A DNA stretch of 64,000 nucleotides from a virus, in the IMG/VR virus record IMGVR_UViG_3300012642_000011, positions 96,001 to 160,000 of that record; one strand, written 5' to 3'. Under the pieces are notes generated by a model that was not told the DNA's origin, did not search any database, and worked only from the letters and a program-made list of their open reading frames with translations. Positions 20,871 through 30,729 of this stretch are shown here, piece by piece. The position numbers and the translations under genes were made by a program. Each line of letters begins with the position of its first letter. Position 1 is the stretch's first letter.

Positions 20871-21530
20871 GTGTGTTATCCTTTCAGCATGAACAACGAG
20901 ACTAACACGACCAACGCCCTTTCTGACGACAATGCTCCTTTTGGGATCAATCGTATTCCTCTGATCACTTTCGAGGATCATACTGAGAACCTTGAGTTGC
21001 GTAACGTCAAGGATGAGTATCGCGCCATGTTCAATGATGAGATCTCTGCCGACATCGATACCAAGCGTGTGCCTATGGTTTCCGTCTGCATGAACCTGAC
21101 CAGCGATTTCAACAAGGCATCTATTATTCGTGCAAACAATGCTTTTGCAGGCAGTGATGTAATTATTGCAGGTAAGAAGAAGTTTGATCGTCGTGGTACT
21201 GTAGGGTCTCATCATTATGAGCATCTTCGTCACCATAATGATGTCAATGTGATCATTGATGCTCTCAAGGAGGATGGTTACACGCTTTTTGCTGTTGACA
21301 ATACTCCTGAGTTTAACCCTGAGGTTATCTATGATTTCAAGTTCCCTGAGAAGAGCGCCTTCTTCTATGGAGAAGAGCAGAAAGGGCTTGACACTGACGT
21401 AGTGGCACAGTGTGATCATTGTGTCTACATCCCTCAGTTTGGATCTGTGCGCTCCATCAATGTGGCACAGGCTGCTTCTGTTGTCATGAGTGAGTACTCT
21501 CGACAGATGAGGTTCGCTGATAACTCCTGA
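20871..21530 (+). CDS. SpoU/TrmH-family (SPOUT) RNA 2'-O-methyltransferase
   Basis: C-terminal SPOUT motif YIPQFGSVRSINVAQAASVVMSEY and the upstream AGSDVIIAGKKK glycine-rich region. The start may be the ATG at 20889. Confidence 0.6.
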   Translation: MCYPFSMNNETNTTNALSDDNAPFGINRIPLITFEDHTENLELRNVKDEYRAMFNDEISADIDTKRVPMVSVCMNLTSDFNKASIIRANNAFAGSDVIIAGKKKFDRRGTVGSHHYEHLRHHNDVNVIIDALKEDGYTLFAVDNTPEFNPEVIYDFKFPEKSAFFYGEEQKGLDTDVVAQCDHCVYIPQFGSVRSINVAQAASVVMSEYSRQMRFADNS

Positions 21531-21539
21531 TTTAAACGC

Positions 21540-21600
21540 ACAGCAATATGGTGTGCAGTGATAAGATCAATCACTGCACACCATTGCTGATTTTGTTAAG
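21540..21600 (+). terminator. terminator
   Basis: Long inverted repeat cagcaatatggtgtgcagtgat / atcactgcacaccattgctg, then attttgtt. Confidence 0.6.
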
Positions 21601-21636
21601 ATACTCTTATCAGAAGACATCGATAGGAGAGACTTA

Positions 21637-22908
21637 ATGAGTACTGCTTTAAAGATTGCGCACTTGTCAGACATTCACAATGGGTACAGGACAGATACTC
21701 GAAGACATGAAAGTGGAGTTAACTTAAGAGAACATGACGGTGATGTTGCTCTCTCTGCTATGGTTACAGACATCATTGACAATGAGGTTGATATCGTACT
21801 GATTGCAGGTGATCTCTTTCATAGCCCATTCCCTACCCCACGAAATATCTTCTTTGTACAGAATCAGTTGAGAAGATTCTATGATGCAGGTATCAAAGTC
21901 TACACACTTGCAGGAAACCATGATACTAACGATATCGCTTCTGACATTGCTGCATCTAAATTAATTGATGATCCATTGCGCGGAATCTATTCTTATGCAA
22001 CACCTTATGAGCGTATTGAGGTTGCTGATGGAATCCATCTTCATATGATCTCTCATCACATGTATAGTCAGCAGTCGGAGACAATGAAGGACGTGAAAAC
22101 CGTTGACGGAGAAGTGAATATTCTCTCTACTCATGGCTCTGTCATTGATCCTATCCTCCACATGCGCTTGAGTGCCAATGAATCTCCTCGTGAAGTTGTC
22201 ATCCCTGATCCCATCATCAAGGACCAGAACTGGTCTTACACGCTTTTGGGACATATCCATGAAAGAGGATGGGTTGGCTCTATGAACGGCAAAGAAGATA
22301 CTGCTGAAACAAGAATCTACTATAATGGGTCTTTGATCAGAAGAGGATTCAGCGATGCTGAGACGCCTTTAGGAAGAGGATGGACATTGTGGACAGTGGA
22401 TTCTGATGGAAATTTCTCCCATGAGATGAAACAGATTGCACAAAGACCACAGTATGATTTCCCCATTATCAACGCTCTTGACCTGACACCTAAAGAGATC
22501 ACAGAGAAGATGATCTCCAATCTTCAGTCTACTCAGATTGATGGTACAACCTTCAATCCTGAAATTGCACCAATTCTTAGACAGAAGATCCAAAACATCA
22601 CGCCTGCTAAGAAGGCAGCATTGGATTTCAAGTCGATTGACACAGAGAAACAGCACGCTTTCAGTTACAAGTATGAGATTGAAAAATTGATCACAGAGAA
22701 GAATTCTGACAAGTCTGATAATGGCAAGAAAACTGATCACTTGGAAAACATTCGAGGCAAAGACATCCTTGAAGGCTATGACCTCTGGAAAGATAATTCC
22801 GTCCAGTTGTCTCAGGTATCTGAAGTTAACAGAGATGCTGTAGCAAAGGCGTCAAGAGCGTTCATCAAAATGGGACATGACGAGGTGCTTAATAGTGAAG
22901 GAAACTGA
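21637..22908 (+). CDS. sbcD: SbcD/Mre11-family nuclease (calcineurin-like phosphoesterase)
   Basis: IAHLSDIHNG, DIVLIAGDLFH, LAGNHD and GHIHER metallophosphatase motifs. 423 aa. Confidence 0.8.
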   Translation: MSTALKIAHLSDIHNGYRTDTRRHESGVNLREHDGDVALSAMVTDIIDNEVDIVLIAGDLFHSPFPTPRNIFFVQNQLRRFYDAGIKVYTLAGNHDTNDIASDIAASKLIDDPLRGIYSYATPYERIEVADGIHLHMISHHMYSQQSETMKDVKTVDGEVNILSTHGSVIDPILHMRLSANESPREVVIPDPIIKDQNWSYTLLGHIHERGWVGSMNGKEDTAETRIYYNGSLIRRGFSDAETPLGRGWTLWTVDSDGNFSHEMKQIAQRPQYDFPIINALDLTPKEITEKMISNLQSTQIDGTTFNPEIAPILRQKIQNITPAKKAALDFKSIDTEKQHAFSYKYEIEKLITEKNSDKSDNGKKTDHLENIRGKDILEGYDLWKDNSVQLSQVSEVNRDAVAKASRAFIKMGHDEVLNSEGN

Positions 22909-22912
22909 TAAC

Positions 22913-23824
22913 ATGGATAATGAGAACAATTCCACTCTTAACGGCTCTAAATCTTCGGAAGAATTGATTCAAGAGAGTAACAATCTTTCAGATGATACTG
23001 AGATCACAGAGGAGGACAAGGGCCATAAGTTCCTTAATAGAAGATCTCTTCTGATGGGGGCTGTCACTGTGGGGGCTATGGCAGTAAGTTATCCCTTGAT
23101 GAACTATGCTCTTGATGAGTATGATAATAAGAAAGCCAAGGATCAATTGAATGGCATCAAATCTCTCAGGGGTGAAGTATTCGCTATGAACACAGAGAAG
23201 GTGGTGTTCGAGGGTCAACGGGCAGAAGTAGCGTCATCTGATCAGAAAGCATTGGCTACTCCCGGTGGTAGTCATGAGAATTCTGCTGTCTGGTCTTTCT
23301 CCAACAAAAAGGAGAATGAAAATAGAAAAATTGTAGACCTCTTCCTTGACTTTAACTCCCCATCGTCTCGTGATATGTTATTGATTAATGCTGGAATGCT
23401 TCATGGCATGGTTTCCAATGCAACCATCGATTTAAATGTGCATCCATTGCCGTCAGGTGAGATCCTTTCCATGTATTCTTATACTGCTCTGTGTGAGACA
23501 TTCGTCACATCACCTTCTTTGGGTTGGGACGCGATGTTGGAGATGGCGAAGGTGAATGCCGAAAAGAAAGATGAGAGAACAAGGGAAGAATTCGCCAATC
23601 TGGTTGTGAAAAAACTCACAGATCTGGGAGTTGAAAAAATTTATAACGATTTGATATACTTAGGGGAGTTCACAAGCTGGATCATTGCATCTGGCAATAA
23701 CGACATGGTTAAAAATGCGGCAACTTCGGCCCCAATTTTGTATGTCAATGGAACAATGATCAACCTAAATAATATCAACGCCAATAACACGGAAGAAGTA
23801 CGAAAGTCTATCATAGAGCAGTGA
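22913..23824 (+). CDS. hypothetical membrane protein
   Basis: ATG with SD gaagga. One TM helix (LLMGAVTVGAMAVSYPL). Confidence 0.45.
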   Translation: MDNENNSTLNGSKSSEELIQESNNLSDDTEITEEDKGHKFLNRRSLLMGAVTVGAMAVSYPLMNYALDEYDNKKAKDQLNGIKSLRGEVFAMNTEKVVFEGQRAEVASSDQKALATPGGSHENSAVWSFSNKKENENRKIVDLFLDFNSPSSRDMLLINAGMLHGMVSNATIDLNVHPLPSGEILSMYSYTALCETFVTSPSLGWDAMLEMAKVNAEKKDERTREEFANLVVKKLTDLGVEKIYNDLIYLGEFTSWIIASGNNDMVKNAATSAPILYVNGTMINLNNINANNTEEVRKSIIEQ

Positions 23825-23865
23825 ACAGTTGTGTTTCTTTTGTATTGGTGCAATATGGAGGAAAC

Positions 23866-25134
23866 ATGAAAACCAAAAATAAAAAGATGCTTTCAACACT
23901 TGTTCTTTTGCCTATGGCATATGGACTTGTTGCTCCAAGCGCTGCTTTTGCACAAGAAGTTCCGTCATCAGCACAGTATCAAGAAAACATTGACAATGTG
24001 ACTATTGACTTGGAGAAAACAATGGAGAAGAAGACCGTTGTGTCTTCAGAGTCTGTTCCATTCCAGACAAGAGTCATTATGGACACCTCTCTTCCTGAAG
24101 GGACAGAGATTGTAGAACAAGAAGGAACAGAAGGCATTAAAGAGCAGTATCTCTCCACTTCACCTACCATCAAATCCGATGGATCACCTTCTACAATCAA
24201 AGTTAATCACGAGAAAGTGACAACTCTCCCTAAAGATAGGGTCATCAGAAAAGGTGCTGCTGACAATGTGGTAAAGAGCGTTGATTCTGACGTTATTGCG
24301 CTTGAAACTCAAAAGAAGATCGATGCTAGAAAGGCTGCTGAAGCAGAGAAGAAGCGTGAGGAAGAAGTCAGAAAGGCAGAGATCGCTAAGAAAGAGGCTG
24401 AAATAAAAGCAGCGAAGGAAAAGAGAGAGAAGGAGAAAGCCGCTAAGAAGGCAGAAGCACAAAGAAAGGTTGAGGAACAGTTGGCAAAGGAAGCCGCTGA
24501 AGCCAAGGCCAAGGAAGAGCAGGAGCGCAAAGAAGAACAGAAGAGTGCCGAATCCGCTCCTGTTGAATCTGCAGATCCAACACCTTCAGTATCTGCAACA
24601 CCTACACCAACACCTACACCAACTCCTACACCAACTCCTTCCAAGACTTCGGCCCCTAAGCCTGCTGCCGTAGAGAGAACATCTGAGTCTTCAACAACAC
24701 AAAAAACCGCAGCACCTAAGAAGACAGTGAAGCCTACACCTAAGGCGTCTAAGAAAAGCGTCTCCAAACCAAAGGCAACATATTCTGCTCCTGTGGCATC
24801 AGGAAATGCTATGAGTCCTTCACAGGCTAAAGCATATGCGAAAAAGTACATCCTCGATACATATGGCTGGGGAGAAAGAGACTATCAAGCATTGGTAAAG
24901 TTGTGGAATAGGGAATCAGGCTGGAACTACAAGGCTGCTAACCCTGCTTCTTCTGCAAGGGGAATTCCACAGGCTATGGTGACTATTCATTTTGGCGGAT
25001 ATAACACTCCTGCTGCTAGAGAGTACATGAATTCTGTTCCTGTTCAGGTTGCATGGGGAACAAAATACATCAAGGGAAGGTACGGATCTCCATCTGCTGC
25101 CCTTGCTCACAGCGATGCTGTAGGATGGTACTGA
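23866..25134 (+). CDS. secreted peptidoglycan-hydrolase-like protein (lysozyme-like/transglycosylase-like C-terminal domain)
   Basis: Signal peptide MKTKNKKMLSTLVLLPMAYGLVAPSAAFA. K/E/A-rich coiled coil. TPTPTPTPTPTPTP linker. C-terminal LWNRESGWNYKAANPASSARGIPQA motif typical of Gram-positive lysozyme-like surface proteins. Confidence 0.55.
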   Translation: MKTKNKKMLSTLVLLPMAYGLVAPSAAFAQEVPSSAQYQENIDNVTIDLEKTMEKKTVVSSESVPFQTRVIMDTSLPEGTEIVEQEGTEGIKEQYLSTSPTIKSDGSPSTIKVNHEKVTTLPKDRVIRKGAADNVVKSVDSDVIALETQKKIDARKAAEAEKKREEEVRKAEIAKKEAEIKAAKEKREKEKAAKKAEAQRKVEEQLAKEAAEAKAKEEQERKEEQKSAESAPVESADPTPSVSATPTPTPTPTPTPTPSKTSAPKPAAVERTSESSTTQKTAAPKKTVKPTPKASKKSVSKPKATYSAPVASGNAMSPSQAKAYAKKYILDTYGWGERDYQALVKLWNRESGWNYKAANPASSARGIPQAMVTIHFGGYNTPAAREYMNSVPVQVAWGTKYIKGRYGSPSAALAHSDAVGWY

Positions 25135-25246
25135 TACCGATTGTGTCCTTTGGGAACATCAATCATCATAAAATAAAGTTTACCCCCTGTTGAACTCTTC
25201 TTTTTTCGATATGATTATAAAGGAAGTTCAGACAGGGGGTAACCTT

Positions 25247-25612
25247 ATGATTTTCAAAGTACTGGATGCGTCATACTTTGATGAAGAAGAAATCATGTCT
25301 TCCGAAGTTAAAAAGAGTGACCTAGAAGACATGGAAGTTATCGAATCTGGATTGTCATCAGGAGAGATCAGACAATCCATTCTTGATAGATGTAAGGCAG
25401 AAATGAGAGAAACTCTATCCACATCGCTAATTAATATTTCATTGGAAAAATTTGATTTCTCAATCACACCTGAAAAACTTGAAGACGAAAATGAAGTCAA
25501 TGGAATCTCTGAAGACATTGAAACGCTTCTCTATGAATTAGAAGATGAAGAGATCCTCAATACTTCATGGGTATTCACCCATGAAATCATCACTGTAACA
25601 GAAGATGAGTGA
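25247..25612 (+). CDS. hypothetical acidic protein
   Basis: ATG with a GGGGG SD. Highly acidic, 121 aa. Confidence 0.4.
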   Translation: MIFKVLDASYFDEEEIMSSEVKKSDLEDMEVIESGLSSGEIRQSILDRCKAEMRETLSTSLINISLEKFDFSITPEKLEDENEVNGISEDIETLLYELEDEEILNTSWVFTHEIITVTEDE

Positions 25613-25613
25613 A

Positions 25614-25757
25614 ATGAGCAAAAAGCAATTAATTATCCTGATCATCGTAGCAATCATTGTCATCATTGTTGCAAATATTCTTATGACAGTCAACAATAAA
25701 CCACAGATTATGGCACCTGGCCAAGACACAGCCCCCATTGTCTATGATGTGTCATAA
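25614..25757 (+). CDS. small transmembrane protein (47 aa)
   Basis: MSKKQLIILIIVAIIVIIVANILM... A single TM helix. Absent from the ORF track because it is shorter than 60 aa. Confidence 0.35.
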   Translation: MSKKQLIILIIVAIIVIIVANILMTVNNKPQIMAPGQDTAPIVYDVS

Positions 25758-25786
25758 ATGATACATGTGCCAGAGAAGGAGAGTAA

Positions 25787-27559
25787 ATGATTCACGTTCT
25801 TGAAGACCTGCCATGGGGGTTCAAACACCCTGAGATACAATACTGGAAGAATGAAAAAGTCCATGTCTACAAAGGCACCTTCCTGCCTGATGAACTTCAC
25901 CCTTTCGCCAGCAAAGACTTTTCTTATGCCAGATGGAAAGAAGATGAACTCAACGGTGTAGTACAGACACCTGAGAAGTCTGCCAATAGATTTTCCTTAA
26001 GAGAGCACCAAGCAGAAGGTGTAAAATACATAGTACAGCATTATATTCAAGGATCTTCTGACTTCTTGCTTGCAGATAAGACAGGTATTGGAAAGACTCT
26101 TACAGGTCTTGCATCCATAGCGCTTTGCGCGAAACAAGCCGGATTCTCTACTTCAATGAAGGCAAAGGTTCTCATTGTGTGCCCGAAAACCGCCAGAGCA
26201 CAATGGAGAAACACTATACAGTCTTATCCTCTTGCGACAGGGTTCTGTAGGTTTATGATCATCAATTATCAACAGTTGAACAAACTCCTTGAAGCACCTC
26301 CTAAAGCGAGAGTAGCGAAGAAAAGATCAACAAAAAACAGGCAGACAGCCAGAGAGGGAAAACCCCTCATCAATTGGGATTTCGTCATCTTTGATGAATC
26401 TCAGTATTTGAAGAACTACGGAAAGTCCGCCGTCTCCATGAGTGCTGCCAATGTTGCGCAATTGAATAATACCTACATCAAAGGTAAAACCCCTTATGTG
26501 TTATTTTCCACAGCAACACCGGGGTCAACACCCTTGCATATGGCTGTCCTTAGTCGCATGCTTGCGCCACTGATCACAGACAACGGGAAAGCAACTCCGA
26601 ATACATGGGGAAAATTCCTCAAGGAAAATGGGTTCAATGTTGAACTTGGGAAGTCAGGATGGGTATGGAAAGAGCCATTCTCCATGAATAAAAACTCTTC
26701 TGATGCATCCAAGAGAGCACAGTATGAGTATGACAAGATGAAAAATGATCAAGCAAAGAGAAGGGACACAAGAAGAATTGGATTAGCACTGAAGAAAAAG
26801 AATTCTCCCTTCTTGATGAGGTCACCTAAAGACATTGAAGGATGGCCTGATCAAGTTCCTGTCAAAGTTCCCATTGAAATGAATGCTACACAAATCTCTG
26901 TTTACAAGAAGGAATGGTCTGAATTCAGACGTTTCCTTCTCCTTCCTGCAGCAAAGAAAAACCCCCAAACTGCACTTGTAAAACGTAAGAGGTATCGACA
27001 AAAATCATCTCTGCTCAAAGTTGACAGCATGGTTGATTTCGTCATGGACAGATTAGACGTAGGCGAACAAGTATACATTTCCTGTGAATTCATGGATACT
27101 ATTGACCGCTATAGAGAATTATTGGAGAAGAACAACGTAACAGTGGCAGAAATTACAGGAAGATACACAGGTTCAGAAAGAGAGAACCAAAGATTGATGT
27201 TCCAAAAAGGCAAAGCCAAAGTTGTTCTATGCTCCATTGTAGAGGCTATCTCATTGCATGCAGGTGAATCCCTCAGTGATGGCACGAAAGCCACAGATAA
27301 CATCAGAGCGACAATTATTCATGACATCAGAGAAGACCCCAACAAAGCCGTACAGTCTTTCGGTAGAGCACATAGAGAAGGACAAAACTCAATCTGCTAC
27401 TTCCCCTACCTTGACAAAACTGTAGATGTGAAAATCCTTGACAGTTTCATCGATAAGGATGGAAACATGAAGGCTATGACAGGGGAAGAAGAGAATACTA
27501 TTGAAAGAGTATTCAAGGAAGCATCAGCAAGGACAACACCACCAAAAGAATACAGTTGA
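25787..27559 (+). CDS. SNF2-family helicase
   Basis: Motif I LLADKTGIGKT, motif II VIFDESQYLKN (DExx), and C-terminal helicase motifs. SD gaaggag upstream. Confidence 0.75.
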   Translation: MIHVLEDLPWGFKHPEIQYWKNEKVHVYKGTFLPDELHPFASKDFSYARWKEDELNGVVQTPEKSANRFSLREHQAEGVKYIVQHYIQGSSDFLLADKTGIGKTLTGLASIALCAKQAGFSTSMKAKVLIVCPKTARAQWRNTIQSYPLATGFCRFMIINYQQLNKLLEAPPKARVAKKRSTKNRQTAREGKPLINWDFVIFDESQYLKNYGKSAVSMSAANVAQLNNTYIKGKTPYVLFSTATPGSTPLHMAVLSRMLAPLITDNGKATPNTWGKFLKENGFNVELGKSGWVWKEPFSMNKNSSDASKRAQYEYDKMKNDQAKRRDTRRIGLALKKKNSPFLMRSPKDIEGWPDQVPVKVPIEMNATQISVYKKEWSEFRRFLLLPAAKKNPQTALVKRKRYRQKSSLLKVDSMVDFVMDRLDVGEQVYISCEFMDTIDRYRELLEKNNVTVAEITGRYTGSERENQRLMFQKGKAKVVLCSIVEAISLHAGESLSDGTKATDNIRATIIHDIREDPNKAVQSFGRAHREGQNSICYFPYLDKTVDVKILDSFIDKDGNMKAMTGEEENTIERVFKEASARTTPPKEYS

Positions 27560-27597
27560 TATATATTCATATAGAAGACAAAATTAAGGAGAACAAA

Positions 27598-28299
27598 ATG
27601 ACAGTTAACGCTTTTGACGCCATTGAATTTGCAGACAACCCAGATCCACGATGCCCTGTAGTAGTAACAATCGATTGCTCTGACTCTATGGACATGGTAA
27701 GAGAAGGAGAAGACAGAACACCACTTGAAGCCGTCAACGGAGCCTTGGACACATTGGTTTCTGCTATTAATAGTGATCCATTGTCCAAGAGGAGAGTTGA
27801 ACTTTCATTTGTACCTTATGGGACACATGTTGCTGAACCTACACCCTTTGTAACCATTGAAAACATCCTCAATGGTGGTGCTCCCCTACCAGACCTGAAG
27901 AAAATGGGAGTGACAAGCACAGGCGCGGCTTTAACAAAGGCAATTGATGCCATTGAAGACAGAAAGCAGATCTACAAAAGCCAAGGTGTTCCTTACTACC
28001 AAGGAATTCTCCTGCTTATTAGTGATGGATTGTCAACTGACGATCTCAGTTCCGCATCCCAAAGACTGAAGGAACTTGAAGCAGCAAAGAAGATCAGTTT
28101 CTTTGCCGTAGGTGTTCAAGGTGCAGACATTGACCAGTTAAGTCAAATCGGAGACCCCAATAGAGTAGCATTGCCATTATCAGGTACAAAATTTGATGAA
28201 CTATTCATCTGGCTGAGTCAATCAGCAGCATCTGTATCTGCATCTACGCCTGGTGACAAAGTTGCAGTTCCTTCACCAGCAGGATGGGCAGAAATCTGA
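27598..28299 (+). CDS. von Willebrand factor A (vWA) domain protein
   Basis: MIDAS motif VVVTIDCSDSMD. 233 aa. SD aaggag upstream. Confidence 0.7.
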   Translation: MTVNAFDAIEFADNPDPRCPVVVTIDCSDSMDMVREGEDRTPLEAVNGALDTLVSAINSDPLSKRRVELSFVPYGTHVAEPTPFVTIENILNGGAPLPDLKKMGVTSTGAALTKAIDAIEDRKQIYKSQGVPYYQGILLLISDGLSTDDLSSASQRLKELEAAKKISFFAVGVQGADIDQLSQIGDPNRVALPLSGTKFDELFIWLSQSAASVSASTPGDKVAVPSPAGWAEI

Positions 28300-28308
28300 T
28301 TACCATTG

Positions 28309-28350
28309 AAAATGCCATGATAGAATCATAAATCTATCATGGCATTTTTG
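28309..28350 (+). terminator. terminator
   Basis: aaaatgccatgataga...tctatcatggcatttt hairpin followed by a T-run. Confidence 0.6.
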
Positions 28351-28716
28351 TTAGTATATTCCTCAGCAAGCGATTCCTTAACAAGAAAGAAGAACAACGT
28401 GGCATCTGTACCATCTGAAATCAACAAGGAAGAATCTCACAAAAATCATAACGACGCTTTCACCACAGGCGCGTCTGCATTCTCTGTTGCTATGACTTTT
28501 GTTCCTCTTATTGGACTCCTTTGTAGTATAGGAACGTTCTTCCTATCCAGAAGGCGAGAGAACGCAATAGGCGTCACGCTTTCCATTGTCGCCTTTGTCT
28601 ATAACCTTGTCTTCACATCGATCCTTATCATTGGATACATTCTTACCGATGCTGTAATTCAGCAAATTGCACCAGGATCAAGCATCTCTGATCTTCTAAA
28701 CTCCTTTGCTACTTGA
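28339..28716 (+). CDS. possible small membrane protein (start uncertain)
   Basis: ORF overlaps the upstream terminator. Hydrophobic helices in the C-terminal half. Confidence 0.25.
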   Translation: MAFLLVYSSASDSLTRKKNNVASVPSEINKEESHKNHNDAFTTGASAFSVAMTFVPLIGLLCSIGTFFLSRRRENAIGVTLSIVAFVYNLVFTSILIIGYILTDAVIQQIAPGSSISDLLNSFAT

Positions 28717-28834
28717 TGCAAAAAGTCAAGCATCAGCACACTGTAACGCTAAACACATCATGTTAAGTTTTCGCATGATTGCCGGGATAATCATTCGTCG
28801 GCAACATGATTTCAAAACTTCTCTACTATCGAGT

Positions 28835-29110
28835 TGACAAAGCGATCAACGCTATGGTAGGATGATGACATCATCAACATCACAAGTTAATACGAAGTTA
28901 TTCGGTTCAGGGCGAAAATCGATCTGAAAGATGAATTTCAACAAGGACTTGACAACCGAGAGACACTATGGTATGATGATAACATCATCAACATCACAAG
29001 TGAATACGAAGTTATCTGGTCCAAGTTGAAAAGCGATCTGAAAGATGAATTTCATCAAGGACTTGACAACCGAGAAACAGTGTGTTATGATAGAGACATC
29101 AACAACGCAA
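28835..29110 (+). promoter_or_regulatory. three tandem copies of a roughly 118-bp unit, each with a near-consensus sigma70-type promoter
   Basis: Repeat units start near 28835, 28953 and 29071. The -35/-10 elements are TTGACA-18-TAGGAT, TTGACA-17-TATGAT (extended TGg) and TTGACA-17-TATGAT. Confidence 0.6.
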
Positions 29111-29171
29111 ACGCGAAGTTGAAACAACCAAAAACATTCAGGCAAAAGATCACAGGAAAAGGAGGCACAGA

Positions 29172-29276
29172 ATGTTTAAGAAGCATGAGAACAAGTTTAA
29201 GAATATTCTGCTTGACCTTCGGGATCTTGATTATCTCGATTTTAAGCGAGATATCCTGAATAACCTTCATCACTGA
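29172..29276 (+). CDS. small peptide (34 aa) downstream of the triple promoter
   Basis: AAAGGAGG SD 6 nt before the ATG. MFKKHENKFKNILLDLRDLDYLDFKRDILNNLHH. Confidence 0.4.
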   Translation: MFKKHENKFKNILLDLRDLDYLDFKRDILNNLHH

Positions 29277-29891
29277 TTAGGTGAACTTCCGCCAAATCAT
29301 TGCGAAGGGCGAGATAAGAATAGAAGCAAAAGAATCCAAACACATACACAAATGAATACTTGTCTTGACAGATGCAGACTGGACGTGATAACGTTGATAA
29401 CAGTCACAGCAACATATGTCTTATTGAGGACTTGCCAGAGTAGCAACGAGATGAGATCCAACATATGAAGCACATCATGGACTTGACAAACAAAAATTCA
29501 TGGTGTAGAGTGGTTGGTAACAATTTAAAAATGAGGACGGGGCTAGGCAATCCCGAGGAAGAACGACCCTGAGCAGATCTGGGCTTACCGTAGATAGGGA
29601 AACCAGTGATTGTCATCAGATTATTCACTTCAGAATAATTCTGGACAATAAGAAATAATTATGTTTCAAAGCATGGTGATTTCTTTGAATCATGTAGGCA
29701 TACATGATTTCCATCATCAGATGGTTGTCATAAGCACGTGTACAAGGTGCGAGATGAGGATCGCCGTTGAAACGGAATATAAGAATTACAATGTTGAATC
29801 CTCTCATCACGCATGCAATTGGTGGCAATGAGAACAAGGGTTCTGCATTTCCTTCTCAAGAGTCACCATTTCAGCATACTCTTGAGAATAT

Positions 29892-29965
29892 GCCTCTGTA
29901 GCTCAGTTGGTTAGAGCATCCGCCTCTTAAGCGGCAGGTCGTGGGTTCAAGTCCCACTGGGGGCA
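29892..29965 (+). tRNA. tRNA-Lys (anticodon CTT)
   Basis: Manual cloverleaf. Acceptor gcctctg/tgggggc (3 G-U pairs), D-arm gctc/gagc, anticodon loop ctCTTaa, T-loop ttcaagt. No CCA encoded. Confidence 0.75.
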
Positions 29966-30134
29966 CTGAGAGAAAGTTAGTAAATCTTTCTCTTTTGTAC
30001 CTTGCAAGAACATCTTTATGATGCCATATCATAAGCAACGTGTTCATCAATGCAAGATAGGAGAATTTTACTCAGGAAACATCCTAACAATATTATTCTC
30101 CATAGCCAAAATTTCCTTCTCATGCAGAAGGTAT

Positions 30135-30207
<73 letters not shown>

Positions 30208-30384
30208 CAAAGAATGGCCGAAAACTGGTTCGAAACGGTATGCGGCGTCTTTAAGATCATGGTGTACAACATTGTCTTGAAGGTTTCTTTATTGTTCTTC
30301 TATGGTGTAAATGGAAAGCAAGCGTTCGTAGGAAAGGTGTAGGTTCGAATCCTGCTGGTAGAACAATAAAGACATTCTTTTTAT

Positions 30385-30457
30385 GCTCCTGAAGCTCAAA
30401 TGGATGAGCGTCCGATTGAAGATCGGAAGGTTGTGGGTTCGATACCCACCGGGAGCA
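30385..30457 (+). tRNA. tRNA-Phe (GAA)
   Basis: Acceptor gctcctg/cgggagc. Anticodon stem tccga/tcgga, loop ttGAAga. T-arm gtggg-ttcgata-cccac. Confidence 0.85.
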
Positions 30458-30507
30458 CTGTATCTTCGGATACTCAATAATTCTACGATGTGATGTAGAA
30501 TTATTAT

Positions 30508-30580
30508 GCCTGCGTAGCTCAATCGGGAGAGCGCCTGTCTGTCGAACAGGAGGTAGCCAGATCGAAACTGGTCGTAGGCG
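30508..30580 (+). tRNA. tRNA-Asp (GTC), atypical T-loop ATCGAAA
   Basis: Acceptor gcctgcg/cgtaggc. Anticodon stem cctgt/acagg, loop ctGTCga. T-arm gccag-atcgaaa-ctggt (A at position 54). Confidence 0.65.
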
Positions 30581-30729
30581 CAAAGGTGGTTCGCAGTGAC
30601 ACCCTGTATGCGTAGGAACTGCGTTGGCCTCCATATACCCTCTGGCTACGAACCAGTAGAAAGGTTAATGGATACATGCAGGTTCGAGTCCTGCTGGGGG
30701 CACGAAAGAGATCAATAATCTCTTATCAT

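Noticed and set aside
20802-21419. 205-aa minus-strand ORF
   Set aside because: It is antisense to the SpoU-like gene, which has recognisable motifs. No SD is present.
24309-24851. 180-aa minus-strand ORF and the low-complexity 24470-24673 ORF
   Set aside because: They are antisense or off-frame within the K/E/A-rich and TP-repeat region of the secreted protein. They arise from compositional bias.
29026-29259. 77-aa ORF (TTG start) running through the tandem promoter repeats
   Set aside because: The frame is kept only because the repeat length is a multiple of 3. There is no ATG or SD, and the region matches -35/-10 consensus promoters, so it is called regulatory.
30257-30634. 125-aa and 77-aa minus-strand ORFs, and the plus-strand ORFs 30917-31270, 31922-32116, 32418-32696 (-), 33752-34150, 35611-35925, 46541-46771 and 58705-59001
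   Set aside because: They lie entirely over tRNA genes or tRNA-like structures and lack ribosome-binding sites. Reading through GC-rich tRNA sequence naturally gives stop-free frames.
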